From contig URZY01000005.1 of the NCBI GenBank assembly GCA_900552495.1, forward strand, positions 55,030 through 119,029: 64,000 bases of DNA, written 5' to 3'. This DNA comes from an uncultured Mycoplasmatota bacterium. GTDB taxonomy: Bacteria; Bacillota_I; Bacilli_A; RF39; UBA660. This document shows, in pieces, positions 37,999 to 46,967 of the stretch. The translations under genes and the position numbers were made by a program. The stretch's first letter is position 1; every line of letters starts with the position of its first letter. The notes beneath the pieces were generated by a model that was given only the letters and a program-made list of their open reading frames with translations, searched no databases and was not told where the DNA came from.

Positions 37999-39231
37999 TT
38001 ATTTTTTTAATTTTTCTTTGGATGGATGTTGTTTGCTTATTAATTTTAAGGCGGCTGGAGCAAGAATTGATTTACCAAATTTATCATTAATATTATCAAT
38101 CATTTGTTGAACATCATCATTTTCAATAGTATCAAGTTCTTTTTCTGTATCAAATAAGGTTAGTTGTGTTTCTTTATTGTTAGAAAAGTCAGAAAGACGA
38201 ACACCAATTAGCCTAATCGGATCTTTTTTATAATTATTATTAAATAAATCGATAACTAATCTATATATATCCTTTGTATTATTAGAAGGGTATTTCAGTT
38301 TTGCTTGAGCAGAGTAACTGACAAACTGATTATTCTTAAAAATAATAGCAACAGTATTAGCATATTGTTTTTGATGACGTAGACTTCGTGAAACTTCTTC
38401 GGTTTGTCGAAATAAAATATCTTTTAATTTATCTTCATCAGTATAGTCGTATGAAAGAGTCTCTGTTGTACTAATACTTTCACGTTTAGAACTACGTGGA
38501 GCTACTTTAGAATTATCTATCCCCCAAGCTGCTTCTTTTAAATTTATAGCGTGATTTTTAAAATACCTTTCAAGTAAATGCATATCGGCATGAGCTAAAT
38601 CTTTAATTGTATAAATATTTAAATTATTTAAAGTCTTTTTACTGCTTTTTCCAACCATAAATAATTCCCCTACATCCAATGGCCAGAGTTTTTCCTTAAT
38701 TTCTGACTTATATAAGGTATGAACCTTATCTGGTTTTTCAAAGTCAGAGGCCATTTTGGCGCAAAGTTTATTATTACCAATTCCCACATTAACAGTAAAG
38801 CCAAACTTTTCTTTAACCTCTTCTTTTATTTTGTATGCAAGGGCTTTATGATCTTTGTACAAGTAACTTGTTCCTGTCATATCTAAAAAACACTCATCAA
38901 TAGAAAATTTTTCTAAAATTGGTGAATATTGTGATAAATAATCAAATAGTTGTTGTGACATTTTACTGTACCAACTGTAATTCGGTGGAAAAACTTGTAA
39001 AGTTCCGCATTTTTTCTTTGCTTGATAAAGGGTTTCAGCAGTAATAATTCCAAACTTTTTTGCTACTGGTGATTTAGCCAAAACAATACCGCGACGAGCT
39101 GTTTCATCGCCACCTATCACAGCTGGTATTTTCCTAATATCTTGCTTATAACCTTTCTTTAATAGAAGTACTGCAGTCCAAGAAAGAAAGGCGTTATTAA
39201 CGTCAATATGAAAAATAATACGTTCTTTCAT
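37999..39231 (-). CDS. Y-family (DinB/UmuC-like) translesion DNA polymerase
   Basis: IIFHIDVNNAFLSW and SIDECFLDMTG are the hallmark Y-family motifs. The start was reassigned to MKERII (AGAGGTG 6 nt upstream). Confidence 0.8.
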   Translation of the reverse strand: MKERIIFHIDVNNAFLSWTAVLLLKKGYKQDIRKIPAVIGGDETARRGIVLAKSPVAKKFGIITAETLYQAKKKCGTLQVFPPNYSWYSKMSQQLFDYLSQYSPILEKFSIDECFLDMTGTSYLYKDHKALAYKIKEEVKEKFGFTVNVGIGNNKLCAKMASDFEKPDKVHTLYKSEIKEKLWPLDVGELFMVGKSSKKTLNNLNIYTIKDLAHADMHLLERYFKNHAINLKEAAWGIDNSKVAPRSSKRESISTTETLSYDYTDEDKLKDILFRQTEEVSRSLRHQKQYANTVAIIFKNNQFVSYSAQAKLKYPSNNTKDIYRLVIDLFNNNYKKDPIRLIGVRLSDFSNNKETQLTLFDTEKELDTIENDDVQQMIDNINDKFGKSILAPAALKLISKQHPSKEKLKK

Positions 39232-39297
39232 GATTACACCTCTTGGTTTCATTATAAATGGTTTTTTAGAGTAATTCAATCGAACAAAAACGGCTCT

Positions 39298-39316
39298 TGT
39301 AAATTTGTAATTTACA
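39298..39316. promoter_or_regulatory. Perfect inverted repeat TGTAAAT-TTGTA-ATTTACA in the divergent promoter region between the Y-family polymerase and the HTH gene; candidate operator
   Basis: A 7-bp perfect inverted repeat with a 5-bp spacer, seen directly. Confidence 0.35.
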
Positions 39317-39362
39317 TATTATTTTTTAATTTTAGTACATAATAAAGTTAGTTGGTGATTTT

Positions 39363-39614
39363 ATGAATAAATATGAAGTAAATATATATGAACAAATTTC
39401 AAGAAATATTAAAAAGTATCGAACGGAAGTAGGAATTACTCAAGCAGTCTTGGCTGAGCGCGTTGGTGTCTCTCACGAATTTATTAGGAGAATCGAGTCT
39501 AAGAAAGGTGTGAAGACATTTTCAGTTGATACTATTTGGAAGATTTCTCTTGCTTTAGATATTGATCCTGGAAAATTATTTGAAATCGATATGGACGAAG
39601 TTGTCCATCTTTAA
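39363..39614 (+). CDS. XRE-family helix-turn-helix transcriptional regulator
   Basis: 83 aa; ITQAVLAERVGVSHEFIRRIE matches an HTH_3-type motif. It is divergent from the Y-family polymerase. Confidence 0.7.
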   Translation: MNKYEVNIYEQISRNIKKYRTEVGITQAVLAERVGVSHEFIRRIESKKGVKTFSVDTIWKISLALDIDPGKLFEIDMDEVVHL

Positions 39615-39684
39615 TAAAAAATAACAGTATTAGATGATGTAACCTATTTAGTTGACACGTATAAAAAAATAATACGTGTCTTTT

Positions 39685-40260
39685 TTAATTAATTCTAATT
39701 CTTTTTGTATTATAAAATAATATCCAATCTTTAACAAGATTAACATATTCATTCAAAGATGTGATATTATAACTTCTGAGAGTTTCTCTTTTTAGATTTG
39801 AATGGAAGCTCTCAATTGGTGAGTTATCTACTGGTGAGCCTTTAGGACTCATGGAAATGCGTATTCCATTTGACTCGCAGATAGCTTTGTATTCGTTAGA
39901 TGTATATTGGAATCCTTGATCTGAATGCAAGATAACTCCAAATACATCTTTTTGTTTGCGAATAGCTTCATTGAGCGTATCCATTACTAATTTATTATCC
40001 ATTCTTTTGCTAATTTTATATGCAATTATATTTCTAGTATGTAAATCCATAATTGATGATAAATAAGCTCGTTTACCATTATAAATAATATATTTTATGT
40101 CTGTAGACCACTTTTGGTTTGGCTTATCTGCATAAAAATTTCTTTTTAATAAATTTGGCATTACATTTTCTTCTAATCTTTCTTTATTAAAGTTTTTTTG
40201 AAATACTTTATGGTATTTAACTTTAATATTATATTTTTTCATTATTCTTCTTACTTTCAA
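39685..40260 (-). CDS. IS3-family transposase OrfB (DDE integrase core)
   Basis: WSTDIKYI (D), HSDQGFQYTS (D) and ESFHSNLKRE (E). The N-terminal region upstream of the first Asp is short; it may be expressed by a -1 frameshift from orfA. Confidence 0.7.
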   Translation of the reverse strand: MKVRRIMKKYNIKVKYHKVFQKNFNKERLEENVMPNLLKRNFYADKPNQKWSTDIKYIIYNGKRAYLSSIMDLHTRNIIAYKISKRMDNKLVMDTLNEAIRKQKDVFGVILHSDQGFQYTSNEYKAICESNGIRISMSPKGSPVDNSPIESFHSNLKRETLRSYNITSLNEYVNLVKDWILFYNTKRIRIN

Positions 40261-40266
40261 TAAATA

Positions 40267-40560
40267 TTATTTTTTGACGTGTTGTTGTTTGAGGAAGGCT
40301 TGGAATTTTTTTAATATTTCATTCTCGATCCTTAATTCTTCGATTGTCATATTAGAAGAACGCTTTTTTATTCCTTTTTTTGATCTATTAACAAAGCCTT
40401 TATCATTGAATCTCTTAATCCATGTCATCAATGTACCTCGAGGAATATTGTATTTTTTAGATAACTGTGAATATGACATACCTTTTTCAATTTTTTCTTT
40501 TACAATTTTTAAAATTAATTCTTCATTTCTTATTTCAAATTTTTGTCCTTTTTTTGCCAT
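40267..40560 (-). CDS. IS3-family transposase OrfA (HTH)
   Basis: 97 aa with an HTH (SYSQLSKKYNIPRGTLMTWIKRF) and a leucine-zipper-like C-terminus. Confidence 0.7.
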   Translation of the reverse strand: MAKKGQKFEIRNEELILKIVKEKIEKGMSYSQLSKKYNIPRGTLMTWIKRFNDKGFVNRSKKGIKKRSSNMTIEELRIENEILKKFQAFLKQQHVKK

Positions 40561-40650
40561 AGAAAAAAGTACCTCCTTATAGTTGACTTATTTTAACACA
40601 TCTATTTTTTTATGTGTGTCAACTATAAAGGGTACTTTATCTTAAACCTG

Positions 40651-42153
40651 TTATTTTTTTATTAGAGAAACGCCGGTCATTTCAACTGGCTTTTCTAATT
40701 GCATTAATTCTAGAATAGTCGGAGCTATATCGCCTAACTTGCCCGGAATTAAAGAAATATTTTCTTTAGTTACAATAAATGGAACTGGATTAGTAGTGTG
40801 TGCTGTCAAAATGTTGTTATTTTCATCTAACATTTCTTCACAGTTACCATGATCGGCTGTTACAACCATTATGCCACCTAATTCCTCTACTTTATCGTAG
40901 ATTTTACCAAGACATTCATCAACACTTTCAACAGCCTTTATTGCAGCTTCTAAAACGCCGGTATGACCAACCATATCACCATTAGCAAAATTTAATATTA
41001 CTAAGTCATAATTTCCTAATTCATTTAATAATTCATCTGTTACTTTGTAGGCACTCATTTCTGGTTTTAAATCATATGTTGCAACTTTGGGCGATGGAAT
41101 TAAAATCTTCTTTTCATTCTTATAGTCAACTTCTTTCCCACCATCAAAGAAAAATGTTACATGGGCATACTTTTCAGTTTCAGCAATTCTCAATTGACTT
41201 TTTCCCAGCGACTCAACATACTCTCCTAAAATGTTAGTAAGTTTTGGATCATCAAAAGCATACTCTGCAATTACTGAGTCTACGACTGGCATCATAGTTA
41301 CGACTGGAAGATTTTTGAAACGTACGACTTCCATCTCATTGAAATTAGGATTAGTTATAGCTGTTAAAATTTCGCGAAGTCTATCTTTTCGATAATTAAA
41401 AACAATTACTCCGTCGTTATCTTCGATATTTCCTTCTTTTGCAAAAACAGCCGGTTCAAAAAACTCGTCAATGATTCCTTGTTCATAGCTGGTGGCGATA
41501 TAGTCTTTTATTGAAGAAGATTCTACTCCCTTAGCATGAACTATGGCATCATACCCCTTTTTAAGGCGGTCATAATTGTTATCTCTATCCATGGCATAAT
41601 ATCTTCCTCCAATTGTGGCTATTTGTCCTATGCCAAGTTCTTTTAATTTATCTTCGACTTGTTTAATATATTCGTAAGCACTTTGTGGCAGAACATCTCT
41701 TCCATCAGTAAATAAATGTAAATATAATTTTTCTATATTTTTTTGTTTGCATAAATCTAGTAAAGCCATTAGATGATTAATATGAGAATGAACTCCACCA
41801 TCACTAATTAATCCCATTATGTGTAATTTAGAATTATTTTGCTGGGTATGACTTAGTACATTTAATAATTTTTCATTTTCGAAAAAGTCCTTATCAGCAA
41901 TACTTTTATTTATTAATTCAAGTGGTTGATAGACAATTCTACCGGCCCCAATATTCATGTGCCCTACTTCGCTATTACCCATTTGTCCTTTTGGTAGTCC
42001 AACCTTTTCACCTGAGGCTTCTAATGTAGTGTGGGGATACTTATCCCATAGCATATTAAATACTTTATTGTTGGCTAACTTGACAGCGTTGCCATGTGGG
42101 TTATCTCGTAATCCATAGCCATCTAAAATTGTTAAAATAACTGGTTTTGTCAT
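40651..42153 (-). CDS. gpmI: 2,3-bisphosphoglycerate-independent phosphoglycerate mutase
   Basis: 500 aa; the N-terminus PVILTILDGYG and SEVGHMNIGAGR are present with the C-terminus TADHGN. Confidence 0.9.
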   Translation of the reverse strand: MTKPVILTILDGYGLRDNPHGNAVKLANNKVFNMLWDKYPHTTLEASGEKVGLPKGQMGNSEVGHMNIGAGRIVYQPLELINKSIADKDFFENEKLLNVLSHTQQNNSKLHIMGLISDGGVHSHINHLMALLDLCKQKNIEKLYLHLFTDGRDVLPQSAYEYIKQVEDKLKELGIGQIATIGGRYYAMDRDNNYDRLKKGYDAIVHAKGVESSSIKDYIATSYEQGIIDEFFEPAVFAKEGNIEDNDGVIVFNYRKDRLREILTAITNPNFNEMEVVRFKNLPVVTMMPVVDSVIAEYAFDDPKLTNILGEYVESLGKSQLRIAETEKYAHVTFFFDGGKEVDYKNEKKILIPSPKVATYDLKPEMSAYKVTDELLNELGNYDLVILNFANGDMVGHTGVLEAAIKAVESVDECLGKIYDKVEELGGIMVVTADHGNCEEMLDENNNILTAHTTNPVPFIVTKENISLIPGKLGDIAPTILELMQLEKPVEMTGVSLIKK

Positions 42154-42161
42154 ATTTCCTC

Positions 42162-43439
42162 CTATATTTTTGTATCGTTTAGACAGAATACTGCGTAAAT
42201 TGGAATATATCTAATGTCTTTTTTCGTAGAGAAATTATTTTCTGTAATGCGATATGCTTGTGGTACTGTAAACTTTTTCATAAATACAGAAAGTGATTTA
42301 GCTTTAGAATTTGTTTTTGTGGCAATTTCTAGAGGAATTATTTGTCCCATCCTATTTTGTACTACAAAATTCACTTCGGCTTTTCCTTCTGATTGATAAT
42401 AATATAAAGAGTACCCTGCTTCAGCTAATGTCTTAGCAATGTGATTTTCATATAGAGTTTCTTTTATCTTTTCATCAGAAATAAATTGTTTATAATTTAG
42501 GTGAAGCATAGAAAATAGTAAACCATCATCTGGAATATATAATTTAAAGCTATCCTTTTCACGACAACTACTAAGTGGAGACTTAATAGTTTTAACTTTG
42601 AAACTACGGTATACTAATTGGTTATTTACTAAGAAATTTATAGTATTTTCATATTCTTTAGATCTTTTACCTGCTCCCATATGTCCATATTGGAATTTTT
42701 TATTTTCCTTTAAAAGCTGACTTGGAATTGAATCTAAAACTTCTAAACCACGAGGTATATCAATTAAAGCTTTATTTAAAGTTACTTCCTTTTTATATAC
42801 GTCAATTATTTTTTGCTTAATAGCGTCTATCTCATAAGGCGTTTTGCCTTCAATTCCGGCAATTACCACTTCCGGTAGTCCACCAGTCATTAAATAATCC
42901 GTAAATAACTCTAATGCAACTTTATGGAAGGGACAAGTTTTGTGCTTAGTAAATGATTCCTTAATTAATTCTGCTAGTGATTTTTCATCTCTAGCCCATA
43001 AATATTCTTCAAAGTCCATTTCAGTCATTGCCTTAAATTGAAGTTCTTCACCCTTAAACTCTGCTAGTTTTTCTCTATTAGAAGTAATACCAATTATATG
43101 ATACTTACTATGCTCACTACCAAATAATTTCATTCCTTTGACTATTTCAATAGAAGTTAAATTATCTAAAATAATTAGAGTGTCTTCAGGAAGTATAGTT
43201 TCTCCTGATAGTAAAGACAAATTTATAATTAGCTTTTCAGTTGATTTTTCTTTAGTAAATAACGTTTCTAATTGAATATTATTTTCTGTGTTAAAGTAAA
43301 TAACATTTTTATATTCTTTAGCAGCATAAGATAAAACTGTAAAGGTTTTGCCAATTTGCTTTGGTCCATATAGTATTAATGGTTTTCTAATTATATCTTT
43401 TTGCCATTTACGAAAAAAGTTCTCTATTTTACGTTCCAT
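42162..43439 (-). CDS. AAA+ ATPase of the AAA_14/DUF4143 family
   Basis: Walker A LILYGPKQIGKT and Walker B LIILDN are present. It is 425 aa, with a C-terminal DUF4143-like region. Confidence 0.55.
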   Translation of the reverse strand: MERKIENFFRKWQKDIIRKPLILYGPKQIGKTFTVLSYAAKEYKNVIYFNTENNIQLETLFTKEKSTEKLIINLSLLSGETILPEDTLIILDNLTSIEIVKGMKLFGSEHSKYHIIGITSNREKLAEFKGEELQFKAMTEMDFEEYLWARDEKSLAELIKESFTKHKTCPFHKVALELFTDYLMTGGLPEVVIAGIEGKTPYEIDAIKQKIIDVYKKEVTLNKALIDIPRGLEVLDSIPSQLLKENKKFQYGHMGAGKRSKEYENTINFLVNNQLVYRSFKVKTIKSPLSSCREKDSFKLYIPDDGLLFSMLHLNYKQFISDEKIKETLYENHIAKTLAEAGYSLYYYQSEGKAEVNFVVQNRMGQIIPLEIATKTNSKAKSLSVFMKKFTVPQAYRITENNFSTKKDIRYIPIYAVFCLNDTKI

Positions 43440-43520
43440 AAACTGTATTCTCCTTACATATTTTATAAATTAAGTATACTTTTTTATTTAAGTAAAGTCA
43501 ATAAGATTGGAGAATTATGT

Positions 43521-43568
43521 TAAAGAAAAAGACCAATGTGAAGTATTGATAGCACTCCACATTAGTCT
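43521..43568 (-). terminator. Intrinsic terminator after spo0A
   Basis: AAGACCAATGTG...CACATTAGTCTT is an imperfect 12-bp stem with a T-run on the minus strand. Confidence 0.45.
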
Positions 43569-44345
43569 TTAATTTGTTATAAATGGTTTATTGAACTCCA
43601 ATCTTAATTTATCGGCAACAGTTACAATAAACTCTGAATTGGTTGGCTTTGCTTTATCAATATCAACACTGTGACCAAATATATCTTCCATTAATTGCCA
43701 ATTACCTCTATTCCAACTAATTTCTATAGCATGTCTAATAGCTCTTTCTACTCTGGAAACAGTAGTATCATACTTTTTAGCAATTTCTGGATATAATTCT
43801 TTAGTTATTCCGCCAACTATTTCCGGTCTTTCATATACTATAGTGATTCCTTCACGGATGTATTGGTAACCTTTAATATGTGAGGGAACACCTAATTCAT
43901 GTAATGTTTTAGTAATTGATACTTGTAGATTGTTGTGATATAAGTCAATTGCTTCGCCACCATATTTGACTCCTGTTGCTACTTGGATAATTCTTTTTTC
44001 TAAATCATCTAATTCAAATGGTTTTAACATAAAGTAATTTGCTCCAAGTTCAGAGACTTTTCTAATCATGTCTTGAGTATTGTATGAAGTTAGCACAATC
44101 GTCTTCTTCATAATATTTTTCTCATGCATATATTCTAAAACGCTTATTCCATCTTTGTTAGGCATTATTAAATCAAGTAAAACGATATCAATGTCTTCTT
44201 GTTTAGTTTCCAATAACCTAATAGCTTCACTTCCATCATAGGCCTCATAAGAAATTTTAATGTCTGCATGGTCATTAAAATATTCTTTTATCATTTCTAC
44301 TAAACTTTTATTGTCATCTACTACTAATAATCTTGTATTTTTCAT
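43569..44345 (-). CDS. spo0A: Sporulation master regulator Spo0A (REC + Spo0A_C)
   Basis: The receiver domain is LLVVDDN...[10 protein letters not shown]. The C-terminus [19 protein letters not shown]...[18 protein letters not shown]...[20 protein letters not shown] is nearly identical to the Spo0A DNA-binding domain consensus. The start was reassigned to MKNTRLL (GGGAGAG RBS). Confidence 0.9.
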   Translation of the reverse strand: MKNTRLLVVDDNKSLVEMIKEYFNDHADIKISYEAYDGSEAIRLLETKQEDIDIVLLDLIMPNKDGISVLEYMHEKNIMKKTIVLTSYNTQDMIRKVSELGANYFMLKPFELDDLEKRIIQVATGVKYGGEAIDLYHNNLQVSITKTLHELGVPSHIKGYQYIREGITIVYERPEIVGGITKELYPEIAKKYDTTVSRVERAIRHAIEISWNRGNWQLMEDIFGHSVDIDKAKPTNSEFIVTVADKLRLEFNKPFITN

Positions 44346-44412
44346 GTTTCTCTCCCTTTTCTTCATACTGCACGCATTATCATTATATAATAATTCTGCA
44401 AAAAACGATAGA

Positions 44413-44444
44413 GAAAAAAAAGACAAGTTTCGTCGAAACTGTCT
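44413..44444 (-). terminator. Intrinsic terminator of tpiA / palindrome AGACAAGTTTCG-T-CGAAACTGTCT, which contains a 0A-box-like TTCGACG
   Basis: The hairpin directly follows the tpiA stop and is followed by an 8-nt T-run on the minus strand. It lies about 80 nt upstream of the spo0A start. Confidence 0.5.
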
Positions 44445-44451
44445 AATTTGT

Positions 44452-45153
44452 CTATTTTTCGAGTTTTTCTAAAAAGATTTTTAAAAGTTCAGGCTTTAAA
44501 CTTAATCCTCCTAATAAGTACCCACCAATTAGTGGACATTTTTTTAATTCATCTATGTTTTTCTCATTAGCACTTCCACCATATAGAATCTCTGTTTTAG
44601 GAAGAAGTTCTTTAATAAATTTAAAAACTTCATTTATTTGTTCATTCGTTGGAATTAAACCTGTTCCAATTGACCAAATTGGTTCATATGCTACTATTAG
44701 CTTTGTCTTTTCAGCTTCTGTTAATAAATCTGTCGCTGTGGTGATTTCCTTTTCTATGATGTCTTTTACACAATTATTTTCTCTTTCTTCCTTTGTTTCT
44801 CCAACACATAATATAGGGATGATATCTTCTGCATATAGCTGTTTGATTTTAGCAGAGATGTCAGAATTACTTTCTTTTTGATCACACCTTCTTTCTGAAT
44901 GACCAACAATGCAATATTCTACGTTATATGATTTTAGTTGAGTAGCAGCTATTTCGCCTGTATGAGCGCCAATGGTGTCTTTACTGACGTTTTGACTTCC
45001 TAAATGACAATTTTTCAAATTAAAATTGGCAATATTTAAGGGGGAAGCACATAAAATAAGGGTTGATTGTGGTTTTATTGTTTCTAAATCTTCTTGATAT
45101 TTTAAAAACTCCTGTTTATTTAAATTACTTTTATTGTTTAATGCAACTATCAT
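44452..45153 (-). CDS. tpiA: Triose-phosphate isomerase (start trimmed to [10 protein letters not shown]; RBS GGAGGA)
   Basis: CIVGHSERR and [11 protein letters not shown]. Confidence 0.85.
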   Translation of the reverse strand: MIVALNNKSNLNKQEFLKYQEDLETIKPQSTLILCASPLNIANFNLKNCHLGSQNVSKDTIGAHTGEIAATQLKSYNVEYCIVGHSERRCDQKESNSDISAKIKQLYAEDIIPILCVGETKEERENNCVKDIIEKEITTATDLLTEAEKTKLIVAYEPIWSIGTGLIPTNEQINEVFKFIKELLPKTEILYGGSANEKNIDELKKCPLIGGYLLGGLSLKPELLKIFLEKLEK

Positions 45154-45184
45154 AATTATCCTCCATAAGAAAAAAGAAAAGACA

Positions 45185-45697
45185 CTAAGCAGCCATAGCG
45201 GTGCCTCTTCCTTTATCATTTGTAAATTCTTTTTCTTTTAGATATGTTATGGTTCCTCCATCTTCACCAAGATTTTCAAAACCTTTCTTCTCTAAGTTTG
45301 TACTTAATTGCTGATCGACTCCATCAGTAGATACAGTTACAAAAATATCTTCCATTCCTAATACGTCAAAGGCATAATCTGTCGCTAAAGTGACTAATTT
45401 TCGTTCATGATTAGTCACAATTGGGGCGAAGAAAATACGGCATGACTTCATATCTTTTTCGGCTTGAACATGACATGTGTCAACTATGGCATCTTCGTCT
45501 TGAAGGAAAAGACTTTGATGAATTTCATTGCTTTCTTTTGCTTCTTCTTTATACTTTTCTTCTGTTCTTGTCTGTCTAATGTTTCTTAAAAGTGTTGAGG
45601 TAACAGTAGTGATTCCATTTGTTTCTTCAAAATCAGTAATCAGTCTAATATGTTCGTCATTATATGGATCTGCAATGAAAAATCTTTCTGTACTCAA
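45185..45697 (-). CDS. GNAT-fold (RimL/RimJ-like) acetyltransferase-like protein with a degenerate acetyl-CoA P-loop, inserted between pgk and tpiA
   Basis: TLATDYAFDVLGMEDIFVTV...STNLEKKGFENLGE parallels RimL A..DYAFnELnLhRIea...N..S.rLLEKLGF..EG. The R/Q-x-x-G-x-G/A motif is replaced by NHERKL. Confidence 0.35.
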   Translation of the reverse strand: MSTERFFIADPYNDEHIRLITDFEETNGITTVTSTLLRNIRQTRTEEKYKEEAKESNEIHQSLFLQDEDAIVDTCHVQAEKDMKSCRIFFAPIVTNHERKLVTLATDYAFDVLGMEDIFVTVSTDGVDQQLSTNLEKKGFENLGEDGGTITYLKEKEFTNDKGRGTAMAA

Positions 45698-45718
45698 ATT
45701 AGGTCACCTGCTTTTATT

Positions 45719-46885
45719 TTATATTTTTTGTTTAATTAATGATTTACCTTCTAAATATTCTAGTGTAGCTCCACCGCCTGTTGAGGCATGATATACTTTG
45801 TCCTTATAACCCGCGGTTGCGGCAGCAGCAACGATATCGCCGCCACCCAATATTACTTTTATTTTATTATCAACTATAAATTTTAGTAACTCGTCTGTAT
45901 GTTTTTTATATTTAGAAAATTCGTATACACCTAATGGTCCGTTCCACACAGCTATACTGGCATTTTTTAAATGCTCCGCAAATAAATTTTTTGTAGCAGG
46001 ACCAATGTCTAACCCCATTTCGTTTTCAGCTATATTATCAACCATTTTTACTCTATACTCTTCGTCATTCGTATATTCATTAGTTACAGCTGTGTCGATT
46101 GGCAAAATAATTTTGTTACCATAAGTTGATAATATCTTTTGACAAAATTCAATATTTTCTTCATCCACTAAGGACTTTCCTACTTCATAGCCTTGGGCTT
46201 TTAAAAAAGTGAAAGCCATTCCACCACCAATTAAAATGGCGTCGGCTGTCTTTACTAAATTTTCAATTACACCAATTTTATCAGCTACTTTAGCACCACC
46301 TAAAACAACAACAAATGGATGTGGTGGATTATCTAAAAGTGTAAGTGCAGAAAGCTCTTTTTCGATTAAAAATCCAAATGCTGAAGGAATATGCTCGGCA
46401 ATTCCGTAATTTGAGGCATGAGCTCTATGAGATGTACCAAAGGCGTCATTAACAAAGACATCTCCAAGGGAAGCCCAATATTTACCTAGTTCTGGATCAT
46501 TTGAACTCTCTTTTTTACCATTTAGATCTTCATATCTAGTATTTTGAACTAAAATGACATCTTTTGGTTTCATGGCTGAAACAGCATTTTCCAACTCTGC
46601 ACCACGTGTTTTATTAATAAATTTAACTTTTCTTCCTAATAATTCACTTAATCTTATGGCAATTGGCGCTAGATCATTCTTTACAAGATCTGCTTCTTCT
46701 TTTACACGGCCTAAGTGTGATAATAAAATTACTCTAGAATTTCTATCTAAACAGTAATTGATTGTTTCTAAGGCCGCAACAATTCTAGTATCGTCAACTA
46801 TTTTTCCGTCTTTTAACGGAACATTAAAATCACAACGAATTATTACTTTCTTATTATCGACGTTTAAATCTTTTAGCGTTTTCAT
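45719..46885 (-). CDS. pgk: Phosphoglycerate kinase
   Basis: 388 aa; RCDFNVP, FGTSHRAHAS and GGGA. Confidence 0.9.
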   Translation of the reverse strand: MKTLKDLNVDNKKVIIRCDFNVPLKDGKIVDDTRIVAALETINYCLDRNSRVILLSHLGRVKEEADLVKNDLAPIAIRLSELLGRKVKFINKTRGAELENAVSAMKPKDVILVQNTRYEDLNGKKESSNDPELGKYWASLGDVFVNDAFGTSHRAHASNYGIAEHIPSAFGFLIEKELSALTLLDNPPHPFVVVLGGAKVADKIGVIENLVKTADAILIGGGMAFTFLKAQGYEVGKSLVDEENIEFCQKILSTYGNKIILPIDTAVTNEYTNDEEYRVKMVDNIAENEMGLDIGPATKNLFAEHLKNASIAVWNGPLGVYEFSKYKKHTDELLKFIVDNKIKVILGGGDIVAAAATAGYKDKVYHASTGGGATLEYLEGKSLIKQKI

Positions 46886-46967
46886 GGCTAATCCTCCTGT
46901 CTTAATTAAAGTATAACATTAAATTAGATTAAAAAAAAGGAATTACTCCTTTTTTGGCAGTTGTTTA

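Larger units (their letters stand above)
39643..40631 (-). mobile_element. Compact IS3-family-like insertion sequence (about 0.99 kb) with roughly 35-bp terminal inverted repeats, orfA + orfB
   Basis: IRL CCTATTTAGTTGACACGTATAAAAAAATAATACGT (39643-) matches the reverse complement of IRR CCTTTATAGTTGACACACATAAAAAAATAGATGTG (-40631) at about 26/35 positions. Each end folds into a hairpin. There is an A6 slippery run (GTCAAAAAATAA) at the orfA/orfB junction. Confidence 0.6.

Noticed and set aside
40573-40637. Long imperfect palindrome AGTACCTCCTTATAGTTGAC...GTCAACTATAAAGGGTACT at the right end of the IS, considered as an independent ncRNA or terminator
   Set aside because: Its outer arm is the IS terminal inverted repeat and its inner arm overlaps the orfA RBS. 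It is better explained as IS end structure, possibly sequestering the orfA RBS from read-through transcripts, than as a separate RNA gene.
43517-43549. 10-aa mini-ORF MLKKKTNVKY between the AAA ATPase gene and spo0A
   Set aside because: It lies inside the spo0A terminator hairpin and is too short and unsupported.
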